A stretch of DNA of 64,000 nucleotides from Saccostrea echinata (Eukaryota): NCBI RefSeq assembly GCF_033153115.1, contig NW_026889752.1, positions 8,928,001 through 8,992,000 on the forward strand, given 5' to 3'. Under the pieces are notes generated by a model, which was not told the DNA's origin, ran no database searches, and saw only the letters and a program-made list of their open reading frames with translations. Made by a program: the position numbers and the translations under genes. This document shows positions 48,111-64,000 of the stretch, piece after piece (within the stretch, counting starts at the first letter, position 1; every line of letters begins with the position of its first letter).

Positions 48111-49565
48111 TATAGGCACAAGGCCCACTCAAGACTATGCAAGGTGATTTTGGTATTAACTCTAACAACTTGGGCAGTTCATTTGGGGGTGAAACGCCCC
48201 GCGTTGACAGGGGGGGGGGGTAAGCAGGAGGGGTCCTACTGAGGGCAGCCCAGCTGCCCACTAACCTTAAATGTTTACCGGTACTGACATTTGCACTTTG
48301 CTTAAATCCTGAGTGAATTCTTTACCCAAATGTAATTTTTTTTTAAGGTTAATTGTTAATACTACCATGGTGATATTAACATTATCAACCCCCCAGCCCC
48401 CCCCCCCCCCCCCTAAAGTGATTTATCCAATAGTCTTTATAAGGTCTTCCTTTCACAACGGGAGATCTATAGTAATGGTATCGTTTCTTTTTATTATTAT
48501 TATTAAGGTCTTCAGCGGAAGAACTTCTTGTTATTCTTAGGTTTCTTTTCCACAGTTTTTATTATTTTTTTCTAACCGATTTTGTGCACGGGAGTTCTCG
48601 GAAACGGTTTGCTCTATTTTCATGTAACGTTCAGTTCGGCTAGAAAAAAAAATCTAGACATATATTTTTTGGTTTTGATGAGGTCACTTCTGGTTCCGAT
48701 ATTTCGCATTTTACTAAATTTTAGAGGGTTAGTTTGACCGCGAGTTTTCTCAAAAACGGCTCAAGATAGAAACTTGAAATTTTCTGCGATATTAGGGCAA
48801 TATATCCAGATGTGACAAACTTTTTAATTCTCACCGGAAGTGCTGCACGCCAACAATTGCTATGGCCCGGAAAAAGTTGTAAGAGAATTTCAAAATTTTT
48901 AACACTTTCTCTACAATATCTCTTTACCATTCTCGAAGACGTTAAAATAAGCAAAAACAGCCGCTGAAATAAAGTATTATATGAAAAATTTAATGATCAG
49001 CTACATCACATTGATACGTTTGAAAACCAATAGCTTCTGTCATAAATCTGTATTTGTCACTTGAATGAGCTGATAGTGTCTATATATAGGCGAGATTATG
49101 TAAATAACATTTAACGTGTGAATTTTGTGTAAATTCCAAACCAATAATTGACACAATCCAATTTGAATTCTTCATATTATCAAAATTTTTACGAACATCA
49201 ATCTTATTGTATACATATCCTTAAATGCAACATTTCCTAGAGAGGGGTACTATTTTATAGCTTCAACCCTCTTCCTCAAAAGCAATTATTTGAAAAGGAG
49301 CATCATCATATGTTTTAAAGTTTTATAAATGCATGTACATAATACACAATAATACACAATACAGCAAAATTACGGACTCTTTTACCAGAAGCCCGTTTCA
49401 ATTTTATATGTGATTTCTCTCAAATAAAGGTTTGAATAAGTTGTTAACGTCAAATATATGGCATTGCATAAATTTTTGATTTTGGTATTTGGAGCCAAAC
49501 TTTATATTCTGCTTTTGAAATTGCACAAAATAGATTGGACATATTTTTGAGAATTCAAAACTTAA

Positions 49566-49948
49566 GGACGCTCTATACACTAGAGGAAAATATTTTTTGG
49601 ATATTGAGAAAATTATTGTGTGTAAAGGTGTAAGTATTGTGCTTATCTATCACATTTTCAACATAGGGTGCCTTGCATTTACCCCCGGGAAAAATGTTCA
49701 AAGACAATGAAGTACTGATGAACATAAATCACTGTTGTTTACTTAAGTGGGCAAAATATCTGCAAATGAAGTGTTCTGTCTATTCATCTTGGCCAATTAA
49801 AGCATTATGAATGCTTGATTTGATCACAAATTAAGTAATAAACTGTACATTTCAATTTATTTTATTCTTGGTCAAAGGGTAGATCACTCTATCTGCATAA
49901 AAATACCATAAAATCAGAACTCTCTAGTGTGCAGTGTATAGAGGGCTC
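49566..49948. mobile_element. Kolobok-like MITE
   Basis: TTAA flanks; GGACGCTCTATACACT / AGTGTATAGAGGGCTC. Confidence 0.6.
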
Positions 49949-50544
49949 TTAAAAAAGGATAACTCGATTCAAGGTCGTATTACATCAAAACTCACTTTCG
50001 TGTCAAGTGTATCCTTCTAGAATTATACTAAACAAAGATATAGACTATGCTGAAATTCACACGTTTAATTTATCTTACATTTACCTCGTTTCTGTGTCCT
50101 TTGATAAGGTCAAAGATACCGTATTTGAATAAACATCATTGTGCAACGTATGAAGCCTTTGCGTGCTTTAAATTGTATGTATATATAATAATATATTAAT
50201 TTCATATCCTTCCTTTATCATGCATCCACATAACTCATCATGATTCAAATGAAAGTTCACAAATTGGATTCAAAAGTTATATTATAAAAAAATACACGTG
50301 TAAGTTAAGAAGAGAGAAAATAAAGTTCACAGCTGATATTAATTTCAGTTTCACAAAAAAGTCACCACGCGGAGAGTTTTCAAATTACTTAATGGTGGCT
50401 TTCTGTCCTCCGGGCTATAGAACCAGAAAGAAATCATTTCTAGTTCCAACAAAGTTTTATTTACGTTTTAATCATCGTCATCAGCAAATTAAATAAGAGG
50501 AGTTTATGAATTTTCCAATAATTTTGATGGAAATTTATGAGTAC

Positions 50545-52670
<2,126 letters not shown>

Positions 52671-52779
52671 TTTTCCTGATCTCAAAGGTGCTTCCACAAT
52701 TCTAGATGAATTGAGGAAGTCAATCACTGTGGATATCTTAATACATGTACGCTGAATAAACAGTCATGCAGAAAAAATG

Positions 52780-52789
52780 CCTAATATGG
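52780..52789. promoter_or_regulatory. CArG box upstream of the actin pseudogene
   Basis: CCTAATATGG, 110 bp upstream of the ATG. Confidence 0.6.
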
Positions 52790-53951
52790 CAAATATTTTT
52801 TAGTTTATAGTATTTAATAGGCTTTGGATCACGTGACATACCTACAAGAGCTATGTAATACATGTTATGGAAAGAGTGTCAACAAAATTGTATAGGAAGA
52901 TTTGGAAAATAACGAAGACGAACTTTATACTTAATAAAGAATAAAAGCTTTGCAGAGAAAGTGAAAATGGAGGATTTTCCCTATTGAATGTATTTATAGG
53001 TGTTTAGTTTATTTTATTCCAAATATTAAGTATAATTAATTATTTATATGTACATGAAATTAGGAGCTCCTACATATATTTCAGATAATGAACTTTTTTT
53101 AACGAAAGAAGAGAAAAAAATAGGATAGCATGCATTGCTTTTAACATCGAAGAGACATAGAATTATCAAATTGAACTTTAAAATATTTCAGAACTGTGAA
53201 GTCAAAATGATGATTTAAAGCAGCATGCAATTTGTATATACTTGCCATATTAATGCAATAAAAGCTTGAGATAAATTGACAAATGTAATCGAGTTTAACA
53301 GAGAACAAGTGAAACGGACATTTTCAAAAATATGTAAATTCCTCGGGCCTGCTATTTAAAGCGATGACTTTTTTTATGTTTCAAGGACACAAGATACATT
53401 TATTTAGATATACCATTACGACAGAATACACGCACGGAACATTAGAATAAATGGTTTTCACGATAAACGCAAAACCCGATAAATGCAAAACCTGATACAT
53501 GTAACCTCAAAACACGATAAAAGCAAATCCTGAGAAGATAAACGATAGGTATAGGTTTAATTACAGACAATTATAAACAAAACGAAATAAAAATTATATG
53601 AAGTTTTTCCCCCCTATTTTTCATTCCTTAATGTATACATTTTTCAATAATAACTTTAAATGCACGTATATAGTCATTATTCAATCATTCTCTTCATTTA
53701 TTTTACCGTTTGATAATACATGATGTAAAAATCAAAATACATAAAATTAGAACCGTTAATTTTTAGTCTAAAATAAAACACTTAAAGATTCACATCATTA
53801 AAACACGTGTTTTATCACTACTTTTATCACTACGACAAGCATGTACCGATTTTCACACTTAATAACGGGACACGAGAATAATACAATACGTATAATTAAA
53901 TGTATGTTTTCTTAATATAAAGAACATTATCCTGATTGCATAATCTATTTA

Positions 53952-55210
53952 TTCCAGAAACCACATAGATATTGTCAATCAGAAACTCAAGCATCTTTTC
54001 AATATCAACTTCAGAGTCAGAGTACAGATGTGTACAATCAGGTTTTTAACAGAATAATTTTGCCTATGACCAATGACAAGGGAGGTCAATTTACGAGTTC
54101 CATTTTTATTGAAGAAGCAGCTGTCTATGATGTAAAAAAGCCTGGACTTTAATTTAACTTGGGAATGATTGCATATACAGTTGAAGAGTCGCAAGTTTTT
54201 ATGTTCTTGACGTTATTAAAATTTTGTGATTTCAAATTTTCCAAAAGTTTCTTGGAATTCTTTGAGTATTCACTTCTGATTTACACAATTTCTTGAATAT
54301 ATTGTGGCACAGTACTCCGGAAGTTTATCCTTCACTCCTGTAAATATTTTAGTTAGGATTAAAGAAAGAGGCTTGGTAGAAAATTACTGAAACCCGCTAT
54401 GTATCTTTGTTTGTAAGGATTTTTAAAAAGTTACGGAATTTAATATAAACATCGTTTTTCAAATTCATTTTGGTTATTGGGAATATTAAAAATATTCAAA
54501 AAGTGACTTGATTTTAAAGAATTTCCCCCTTTGAAAGGGAGCTAAGGGTATAAGTTGGATTACCACTTGTAGAATTTAATCCAAGTTCCTTTAGAATGCA
54601 ATTAAAATAATGAACCTTACAAACAAAGACTATGTTGTTTCCTGCTTTGTCAGCAGGGACCAGTAAATACTAACCGTGAAATCTCTCTAATTCTTTTTTC
54701 ACTTCTGAATTATTAAACACAGAAAGATAGAAGATTTTCATATTGCCCCTCAATCGTTCTTTTTTGAGGTATTAAGATACATCTGATACATTTACTAGTA
54801 GTCCATTCTTACAAACTGACAAGGTCTTCTTTTTCATATCTGTACCATCGCCTGGCGTAATCTTCCACAAAATTCATAATATTTATGAAATTATGACGTC
54901 CGTTGAAAGATCGGTGTTCCCTATATTTTGGCCCTTTTAAAATACGTGATTTAAGGTCCTCATAACGTGTCCAAAAGGACCATAGTTGTAGGGTGAAGAA
55001 CATGAACACGAGGGAGGATTATGTTTCAGTTATTCGATATCCAGGTTCTGTAGAATTTTCTTGTAATTTAAAAGTTTGGAAGCAATAGTCGATGTATATT
55101 TGAAGGAATTACAAGGTGTAGTCTTCAACTTGAATTATGGGGGAATACAAGGCTGAACTCTTTTGTGATTAGAAATATTAATTATGTAAACCGCGTCAAT
55201 TCCTTTGTTG
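53952..55210 (-). mobile_element. Naiad relic (internal linker/RT fragment)
   Basis: ILKGPKYRE...FVEDYARRW, KLKSRLFYIIDSCFFNKNGTRK, colinear with ~14225-15510. Confidence 0.85.
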
Positions 55211-55214
55211 ACAT

Positions 55215-55985
55215 CAAATCAATGATAAATCATACAGATACAAAAGCATCCTCAGGTAGTGTAAATTAATGATTTTTCAAATCATGATCCCCGGGGGTAG
55301 GTTGGGGCCACAATTGGAGATCAAAATTATGCATTTAAGAATATGTCAAATATCATTAATAGTCTTCTTATCAAGAACAGCAAAGCCATTTTAAGTCATA
55401 TTAATATAGAAGCATCTTCAGATAGTGTAAATTCAATATTATTCAGATCAAGAATCCTGGGAATAGGGTGGGGCCACAGCAGAGGGTCAAAGTTTTACAA
55501 GGAAATGTGTAGAAAATGCCTAAAAAAACTTTTTCCCAGAATGGGAAATTCATGATTAGTCACATAGCATGTAATATAGAAGCATCCTCAGTAGGTAGGA
55601 CGAATACACAACATTGGATCAAAGTTATACATAGCAAAATTTGAGAAACATTATTTAAAAACTTCTCAAAAAAAGCCAAATCATAAAAAAGTCATTTTTA
55701 GAATAGAAGCTTCCTTAGATTCAAGACTGTTCAATCATGATCCTAAAGGGTAGAGCCGAGCCACAGCTTTTATAATAGGGATCAAAGTAACACATATGAA
55801 GAAAAAGGAAAAAATAAAAAAAAAATAGTTTTCTCAAGAACAGAAAATGTATTTATACAGAAGCATTTCCGCGAAGTATAGATTCACGGAACTAACCCCA
55901 TGAATGGTCAAAAACAGTTTTACCTAAAATATTAATATTTTAGTTACGGATAGTGTAGACATTTGGCCTTATAAACCTGTTTTTT
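55215..55985 (+). repeat. Degenerate ~166-bp Cg170-like satellite monomers (Helentron/HINE-type carrier)
   Basis: aagcatcctcaggtagtgta...aaatcatgatccccgggggtagg.tggggccaca recurs at ~55244, 55410, 55580, 55707 and 55861; resembles the oyster Cg170 consensus as recalled. Confidence 0.6.
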
Positions 55986-58608
55986 TTTTAATGTCTATTT
56001 CACTTTTTCCATAAAGAGAGTTCGCAGTATGGCATTGTTGTACTAGAATATTGTAAAAAGAATGTCAGAATTCGTCACGTAATGTTATAGGTCGACAGAA
56101 ATTACCACGTGATTGAATAAACATAAATGACTTGAACTAGGTAGGTCTAATTAAGAATAGCCATTGATCTTATCAACATCAGTATCGCTTTAAGAAAATG
56201 TTATAAAAAGCAAACAATCATGTGCTGAAACTCAAATTGCAGTTAATACTTATTCTAGTACAACTGATTGTATAAAATTCTTATTTAGAGATTTCTTACA
56301 ACTTAAATGAATTTTAACTCATGTCCTCGTTTTCAATGCAAATTGAAAAACAAAAGCAACACAGTTTCAGAAATGAAGATTATTTTTATTTCTCTTTCAG
56401 ACTTGACATTAAAAAAATGGTGAAGCCACCACTTTTCTATGGTAAAAAAAAATCATCGTGTAGATACTGGTTTCACACATAAAGTATAACAATTGGTGAA
56501 TTCACAGATCTTAATGATGAATATTTTTATGATGAAACGTATCAAAAGCGATCTTGCTGAGAACATATATTCATTATACTGCAATGGCTGTGCGTTGATA
56601 TGAGTAATGAAATACATTTGTAAATATGAAAATTGAAAATGTTTAAATATTCGGTTCGTAAATCTGAGTGATCTTTCTTAACTTGTTATCCTTTTCTTTG
56701 GGACGGAAAACTGGTATCAAGGAAACGAATGTCAAAAATTAATTAAAATATAGATGTAGCACACACTAACAAGTCTGTCGATTATCAATGAGGCAAATAT
56801 ACTGAATATCTATATGCACGGTATTAAATTTTACATTTTTGCCATTGCTGTTTTACTGGTTATTTGTTATACCTTCATTTAAGACATAAAGCATGAAAAA
56901 AATTATAAAGTCACTGAAATATGTGATGAAGGTGTCGAAATATTGATCACGGCATTAAATTGTCATGATATTATTCAAGGAAATCTGTTTTTATAGTGTT
57001 AGAAATGATTGATTTAAAAACGTATTTAAGACAATGTCTTGCAAAATATGCTGAAATAAATGAAAAAAATATACAAAAGTATAGAATTCGGCAAAAAAAT
57101 GACAACAATTGTTGTAAATTTGGCAATCGGATACGGTATTGCTACCTTCAACTCGATTCAACCGAAAAACAGGTAAATCGTATTATATGACACATTTTCC
57201 GCGACATATTCATTAGTTTCCTTTCCAAATGTCACAATTTAATTCTGCAATGCCAATATTGTCGAAATTTAAATTCAATTTACAATATTTGCTTAAATTT
57301 TTTTAGCGACATGTGACAACCTAGTTTCTTTTTGATGAGACTTATTGTTGAAGCTACCCTTTCATTTGTGCTGATGTGCCTGGAAAAGGTGAAAACCTTG
57401 CTCACTCAGCGAGACCATGTTTCCACAGGCGTGATGCTAATTCTTTTTCAAAGTGGGATTTGGGATGAAAAGCACGCAGAAAAGGTAAATAATTTCACAG
57501 AAATCGGGTCCTAGCTACTACTATCTACCTTCATTCTAGGTACCTGTTCCACCAAAAATATGGTTAAAGAGGATCCAGTTATAACGTGTTAAATTAAACT
57601 ATGCTGGCCGACTCTGCACCACAATGATGTTCAAGCATCATTTAAGAAATGCTGGAGAACATGAATACTGACTCAATGTTAAATTAAACAATATCGACAT
57701 GCCATGTATATTTTTCTTATAAGCTATGGCATTCATAACACAATAACATGACGGGGAGGTCAAGGGTTAAAGTAATGATTTTAATTTTAACGTCACAAAC
57801 ATTGAGCACNNNNNNNNNNNNNNNNNNNNNNNNNNNNNNNNNNNNNNNNNNNNNNNNNNNNNNNNNNNNNNNNNNNNNNNNNNNNNNNNNNNNNNNNNNN
57901 NNNNNNNNNNNNNNNNNNNNNNNNNNNNNNNNNNNNNNNNNNACATATTAATCCTCATCTAAAAATATTTAATATGGCCCCAATAGGCCGAACATTATTC
58001 ATCCATATATACGTTAATATTCCATGTGGAATGAAAACATTTGTATTGAAATTGTCTGCATTATTATGATTATATTATAAAAGTAGATTTCAATTCTTAA
58101 ATCTTCTATTCTGTGATTTGATTTTAATAAGAACAAACATAAAGCTTTTCTTTCAAATTCAGGCAAATCTTCAAATCTTAGAGTATACAATAATGATTGA
58201 CTTTCTGAAAATTTGAAACTTTTAGTACATTTCTATTGCAAATATAATAACCTGGCTTTCAATTTTTATTTTGAAATGAAACGGAAAAAAATCCAATATA
58301 CATGTACTTTTTCTCTTACCGATTTTTTTCCCCATATACCTCAGTTTAGTAGCAGTTTAGTAGCCATCATATACAAAAGCTTTACTTAAAAACCAGAAAC
58401 TGTGGTACATGATATTTCATGTGCAATTTACACTCACAATTAAAAAAATAACTTATAAAACATTTTTCATATACACTGAAAACTGTGCATACCTGATTAA
58501 AAAGGTGAAAAAAGTTTTATTCTTGAATTTACTATAATAGGTAAGTTCGTTGACAAGATTTGAGTCATAGGTCAGTTGCAGCATCAAAATCAAGTCTATA
58601 TATATATG

Positions 58609-59557
58609 CGAGGGGTGATCAAAAACATGGCAAACTATCTCTATATTAACAAAACCAAAATTCAGATCAGAATGAAATTTGGCACACATATATTCATACA
58701 TATGTTCTATAAACAGCAGCTGTTATGTAATGTTTTGCTCCATGTTTGTGACGTCACAATGTGAAAATTGCGTCAATATGTAGGTGACATGTGACAAAAA
58801 ATGGATGACTCAGTCGTACTCGAGGAACAAACGGCTGAAAAATTTAAAGTATATCTTGGAGATTCCTTTACAGTAGTATATAATAATTTGTACAAGGTTA
58901 ATGAAGAGAAAAAACTTGTCAGAAGTTTAATCATGGATTGGATTTATTTTAGAGATGATTAAAAATGACGTTTATTCTGTTAAAGTTGCCCAGTGAAAGC
59001 AAGCAGGGAAAGGAATTTTTCTTTAGTTGAGCAATTTGTTATGAAGGATCGCCAAGTTACAGTTAGAAAAATAGTTGCATATCTTAGAAATAGTACATTT
59101 ATTGAATCTCTAAAATATAGTTTATTCTAGACTTTAAACATATATGATAAAAAGAAGGCGCCCATACTTTATCAACATTGGATAAACGACGCTCCCAAGA
59201 CAGAGGACTCGGGTTGTGTTGCTCATTCTGGGGAAGGATATCCTTATCCACCCATCCTATTGCCGAGATTTGGCTATTTTTGTCAAATGGACCGTTCTAG
59301 TTATATAAAAAAAATGACTTGTAGTTTAAGAAATATCAGACTCAGAAAAATCTTTCAGCTTCTGAGAACAGAGCGCTCCGGAGCATGTCATGTGACCGCC
59401 TGGATCACGTGATTCGCGTTAGGGCAGAACGGTGGCAGATGTGCATTAAAATTGGAGAGGGCTACTTTAAAAAATAATGAACACTGATCTGAAACCTAAA
59501 TTTATTTCTTTTATAGAAGTATTTCAATTAGTTCCCGAACTTTTTGATCACCCCTCG
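58609..59557 (+). mobile_element. Degenerate mariner element
   Basis: TIR CGAGGGGTGATCAAAAA; remnants HPSYCRDLA (~59254) and RWQMCIKIGEGYFKK* (~59430-59477). Confidence 0.8.
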
Positions 59558-59927
59558 TGGTGATAAACCGATGTGTAACTTATCTTTCCAAAATAAAATT
59601 TTACGAATATAGAATGAAAACCAACATGATCTCGCTGAACTGACTGAGATGGCATCACTGACTAATTTGGCATGCAGTTCTCTTTCCATCAGGCGTGTAT
59701 CAAGCTTATATCTTTGCTTGTAAATAATATTTTTTTTAATAAAACTAGCGTGATTTGAATATAATGGAGATATATTCTTAAGTGTATTAATTAATACTTA
59801 TAGTCCAATTAAACTGAAAGTGAATAGACCTTGAATTAATATAACGTAGTAGAAGGAACGTGCTACAATGATAGAGTCACTCGAAAATATCAAAAGTTCA
59901 ACTATAAATTATGAGTTTTTAAACACA

Positions 59928-60772
59928 GGTAGGGTGAATTCACCATACATCGGACATCCTTTTACTTCAAGAAGTCCAAGCGATATCGCCACCGATCAAA
60001 TATTATCAAAATGCAGCTTAACATGTAGTATGTGATTAAAATATAAAGTTGTAACACAGTTGTATGCTATTTATTGAGAAAATATCAATAAAAACGATTT
60101 AATTTTTAAATAATTCAAATCACCATGGATCGGACAATATTCACCATGCGTCGGATCCTAGGAAGAATTTACTGTAGTTTATCATAGGTTACTATAGTTA
60201 ACTATATTAAAAACTTTGATACCTTGATTTACTATGAAACTTTACTCTGGAACTTTTTTTGAGATTTCAAAGCTTAAAATTTCTTAAATTTGATACCAGT
60301 GATTTTGAAAAAAAAAAATATGTAAATAAACAAACAATTGTTCCATTTAATATAAAATATGTGCATGTATGAATCTGAAATCCATATTGATCTTATAGCA
60401 AACTATAGTTAAACATAGTATTTTTTTTGGTAGGGGTATTTGAAACCGAAAAAAAAGTCATATCTTTATCTCGGTGCTTTTAAAAAAAGTGAGACATGAA
60501 AATATTTTTATTTTTTGTATTTAGAGAGCAACTTATTAGTTTAGTTTGATTGACTATATCGATCCACAAATGTGGAAAGATTTTAGTTGCATCACATCGC
60601 CTAAGAATGGCTTTATAATACTAGTAATATGGCAATTCGCGCCTGTTTTCCCGTGGGTTTTCATCTTCTAGTTTGTAGAAAAAAACATTGAGTCTAATTA
60701 TAGTCATCATATATCAATAAATCAATAAATTATACTTTTGCCTAATATTTAGAGTTTTTATTTTCTATTTCC

Positions 60773-60820
<48 letters not shown>

Positions 60821-61292
60821 GTTTGTTGGGTTTTATACGAAAAAGGAAGCGATTATCTATGCATCGGAAAGTGTCCGATGCATAGTTAATTTGTGTCCGA
60901 TGCACGGTAAAATTAAGACACTAGTAAAAACAACTCTAAGATAATTTATACTACATGTAACAAGGAGTCGAGATTTCTAGAACATTTCTAGAAACTTAGC
61001 CATCATTGATGCATTCCACCTTAATAAAAGAAAGACATGTACAACTCTAGAAATTTGCAAAATCCTAAAATTCTAGTTACTCCCCTTTGAAGATGTCAAA
61101 TATGACCTAACTCCAGGGCCATTCTCGTGGTATTTTTATCACAACATGATAAAATTGTCATCACTAAAAAGTTTAAATCTTCATCTTTAAAGCAGAAATA
61201 AGAAAAAACACGGAGACATTCAGGGATGATTCAAGTTTATTGCTTAATGTTGTTCTAATCAAAGTAGGTGTCCGATGCTAACACACCCTAGC
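59928..61292. mobile_element. Degenerate TIR element with CATCGGACA subterminal motifs, containing a decayed copy (~60157-60436) of the 6983-8139 family
   Basis: TAGGGTG...CATCGGACA at the left end and TGTCCGATGC...CACCCTA at the right; internal actatagtta/aaaactttga motifs ending tttttttggtaggg. Confidence 0.45.
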
Positions 61293-62422
61293 TATTATTC
61301 GTACTAATTTTAGAAGTGATGAGAGCTGATCAAGATTATGCTGTTGTTTTATTCTGTAATTTAACATTATTTCAATGTGTACAACCCCACGTTGGAAGAT
61401 TATCGAGAGGGTATCGAGAGACAGCTCGATTTTACATAATTTCCGAGCATTATGAAGGTACACCCAGCACTTTTTATATTAAGGAAACTGTCTAAAGGAA
61501 AACACGATCAATTTCATTGCGAAAAGATATCCGTGGATAGATGAACTTTTATGATCTTTGTAGCAGTATTTTTTTTTTCTAATTTCAAACTTGTCAAGTG
61601 ACAAACAGATGATGAAAGTCTTTTAGAAAAAGTGGATAATTTTTTTGATTTTTTCCCCTTTGACTTGGAGAATGAATCCTTTCCATATCCCCCCAAAAAG
61701 TACACAGCTAGAGTAATCATGATATGATATTAAGTCTCCTCAAAAGAAAAAAAAATATTTGTATCATCTGTCCTTAAATTTTGGTAGAATCGAACACAAG
61801 GAAAATAAAAAAATGACAAAAATATTACCTTATCTAATTTTTTAGATAAATAAAACCCCGTCATTGTACAGCCAGGTATGATCACTAGTCCGAAAGTCAT
61901 TTACTGCTTTGAACACCCTTGCAGCAATGAGGTATCATCAACTGCGATAATCACAGTTTCCAAGACACTGAGGTCATTGAAATAGAAAGGTAGATGTAAG
62001 GTCTTTAAAAAAAAAAGACTTATTCTGGGATATGCATACATGTAAGTAGTGGATGACGTAGTTCGTTCTAAATGTACTTTATTTTGCATAAGACAAGATT
62101 AAAATAGATTTAGAGGTCTTGGCTTAACGATTTGGACAGGTGACTGTATATGCTCTCTGAGTATCTTCTGGGTAATAATAATTGTGGTGTTCTTGCAAAA
62201 TATTCTTTATTCCTTACAGAATTTAAATTTGAAATATTCCCTTCTATTATTTTAGAATCAAGAACAATCATAATATTTCTTGATTTAATTTACGTTTTAC
62301 ATATGAGTAACAAGCTACAAAGAAAAGTAAATTAATTATAAAAAATGAAACAATATTGGTTAGCAAAATAAATCAACCAATTCTGAAAAACTAAAAAAAA
62401 TTATCATGCGGTTAAGGAGGAC

Positions 62423-63658
62423 CTAAAAGCAGTTCCCAAGCACAATAGAAGTACCGGATTCGTCATATTCCTGCTTGCTGATCTGTTTGAAGGTGGATAG
62501 GGAGGCAAAGATAGAACGAAAGATTCAGACGGAGTATTCTCTTCCAGTTCGAGGAATGATCTTGACATTCACCGTGGATGAGCTAAAGATACATTTTCTC
62601 TCTGCATACGGTCAGCCATACCAGGAAACAAAGCTGAACTACCAGACAATAGTGAAATTGCATACAAGTCCTTAGGAATATCAACATCACATTTCCTGAT
62701 GCAGTTATATGTTGCATCATGAATACCAGTAGATTCCATTGCAAGGAAGGATTATTAGACCCCCGCTTCCAGGCACCGGAATCTTTCGTTCCCAAAAGTA
62801 ATGACATGGCCGTCAGGAAGCTCATAGCTCTTCACCAGGGATGATGATGACGCTGCTGTGTGCATTTCCTGTTCGAAATGCAGAGTTCAGAGTAACATGG
62901 CATAATTTCTCTTTGTTATCTCTGACGATTTTTCTCTTAGCTGTGGTCGTAAAAGTACTCACGTTCTCCGGCAAGATCGTTCCTCAAGATGGCGTGAGGT
63001 AGGGAGTGTCCCTATGTACATAGCCGGAAAGTTGAAGGTTTTGAACATTATTTCCTATGTAGCTTGTAGCACGAGCTTTGAATGGTACAAAGTCGGGTGT
63101 AAATTTCCGTACATCCGAAGTGAGTCGGAGATAAAAATGGATAATTTCTCATATAATAAAAAGCAAATAACATGACCTCACGATGCATTGAAGCACGTAG
63201 TAAATCTTATCGATAGCTTGAAACACAGTTGATTGGACTTGTTTACAAAGAATTTATTTGGGTACATAGGAAATAAATTCGTTATCCAGGTCCAATCAAG
63301 GGTGTACGGGGATTTACCCCGGGTTGTATTCCATACACCGTTCGGCCTCAGGGTGAATGGAATAAAACCCGGGGTAAATCCCCGTACACCCTTGATTAAA
63401 CCTGGATAACTAATATTATCTGTGTCATCTTTTCTCTGTTTGCCTTTGAGTTGAGTGAAGCTTCTGTTAGAAGGGAAGGATGTTCCTTTGGTGTAAGTGG
63501 AGTTTATTATAGAGGGTATGATACAAGATCTTCTCCATGTCGTCCCTATTAGTTACAGTTCCGTTTTCAATGGCGAAGTTAAGGGTACAAATACCTCTCT
63601 TGCTCTGAGCATCCTTTCGGACATAGCTGTCCTTTTGTCCCATGGCAACCACCCCACC
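62423..63658 (-). pseudogene. Actin pseudogene (exon 2; exon 1 not in window)
   Basis: Acceptor AG at 63659-60; [13 protein letters not shown]...; frameshifts, an internal deletion near 63015, and a mobile-element insertion at 63047. Confidence 0.9.
63047..63414 (+). mobile_element. Non-autonomous Crypton-type element inserted in the actin pseudogene
   Basis: Interrupts gaacATTATctgtgtc with ATTAT at both junctions. The 14-bp TTATTTCCTATGTA at the 5' end is inverted at 63263-76; palindrome at 63281-63410. Confidence 0.8.
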
Positions 63659-64000
63659 CTGAAGAGTAAAATGAACAAAGTAAAATATTAATTCTTGAAT
63701 CCATTTGAGAACAATGTATTATCTGATATTTACTTAATTTTCAGATGAAATCAACACTTTTAAAGATAATTCATCAATTTACTTTTAGTATACATGAGAG
63801 ATGAACTTATATGCACCTTTGTGCTCAATATGATATTTCTTTTCACACAGTCATATAGTTTAATAAATTTGGGAGAATTGTCTTCTGCAAATCCAGCCAT
63901 GAAAAATTCCAGATCTCTTAGCCTTGAACATGCCAGATTAATTATCTATAAAGCTACAATGTCATCGTCACCCATTTTTCTTGAGAGTGTTTTCACTACG

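Noticed and set aside
63047-63414. Helentron/HINE assignment for the subTIR + palindrome elements
   Set aside because: Not preferred, though not fully excluded. The insertion is not in a TT/T-run, the palindrome is far longer than HINE hairpins and lies distal to the inverted motif, and the layout and ATTAT/TAAT termini match the coding Crypton.

Overview
This is AT-rich, repeat-dense animal genomic DNA, most likely an oyster or related bivalve (inferred from Cg170-like ~166-bp repeats, bivalve-type tRNA SINEs and Naiad elements). It has four N-gaps. The host content is a tandem minus-strand cluster of four actin genes sharing the ancient phase-0 intron at codon 41/42. Two are intact but unusually divergent 375-aa actins (17359-21063, 41328-43146) and two are pseudogenes (50545-52670, 62423-63658). 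A CArG box lies upstream of each visible start codon. Most other recognisable sequence is mobile DNA: a near full-length, dead Naiad-type Penelope-like retroelement (N-terminal GIY-YIG, CxC linker, RT, pseudo-LTRs) nested in an IS3EU-like TIR element; further Naiad relics; an intron-containing, uninterrupted Crypton tyrosine-recombinase gene with a long terminal palindrome; a Crypton relic and two non-autonomous elements with the same end architecture; mariner relics; Kolobok-, PHIS-, EnSpm- and MULE-like MITEs; a solo LTR; and three SINEs. The three most notable observations are (1) a multi-stem RNA fold conserved with compensatory changes in five Naiad 3' ends, (2) a shared Crypton end architecture with a TAATATTAT junction signature, and (3) actins with remodelled D-loops and H73L/A204D or M44I/M47I changes. 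Everything was read by eye; no database search was run, and family names rest on recalled consensus features.
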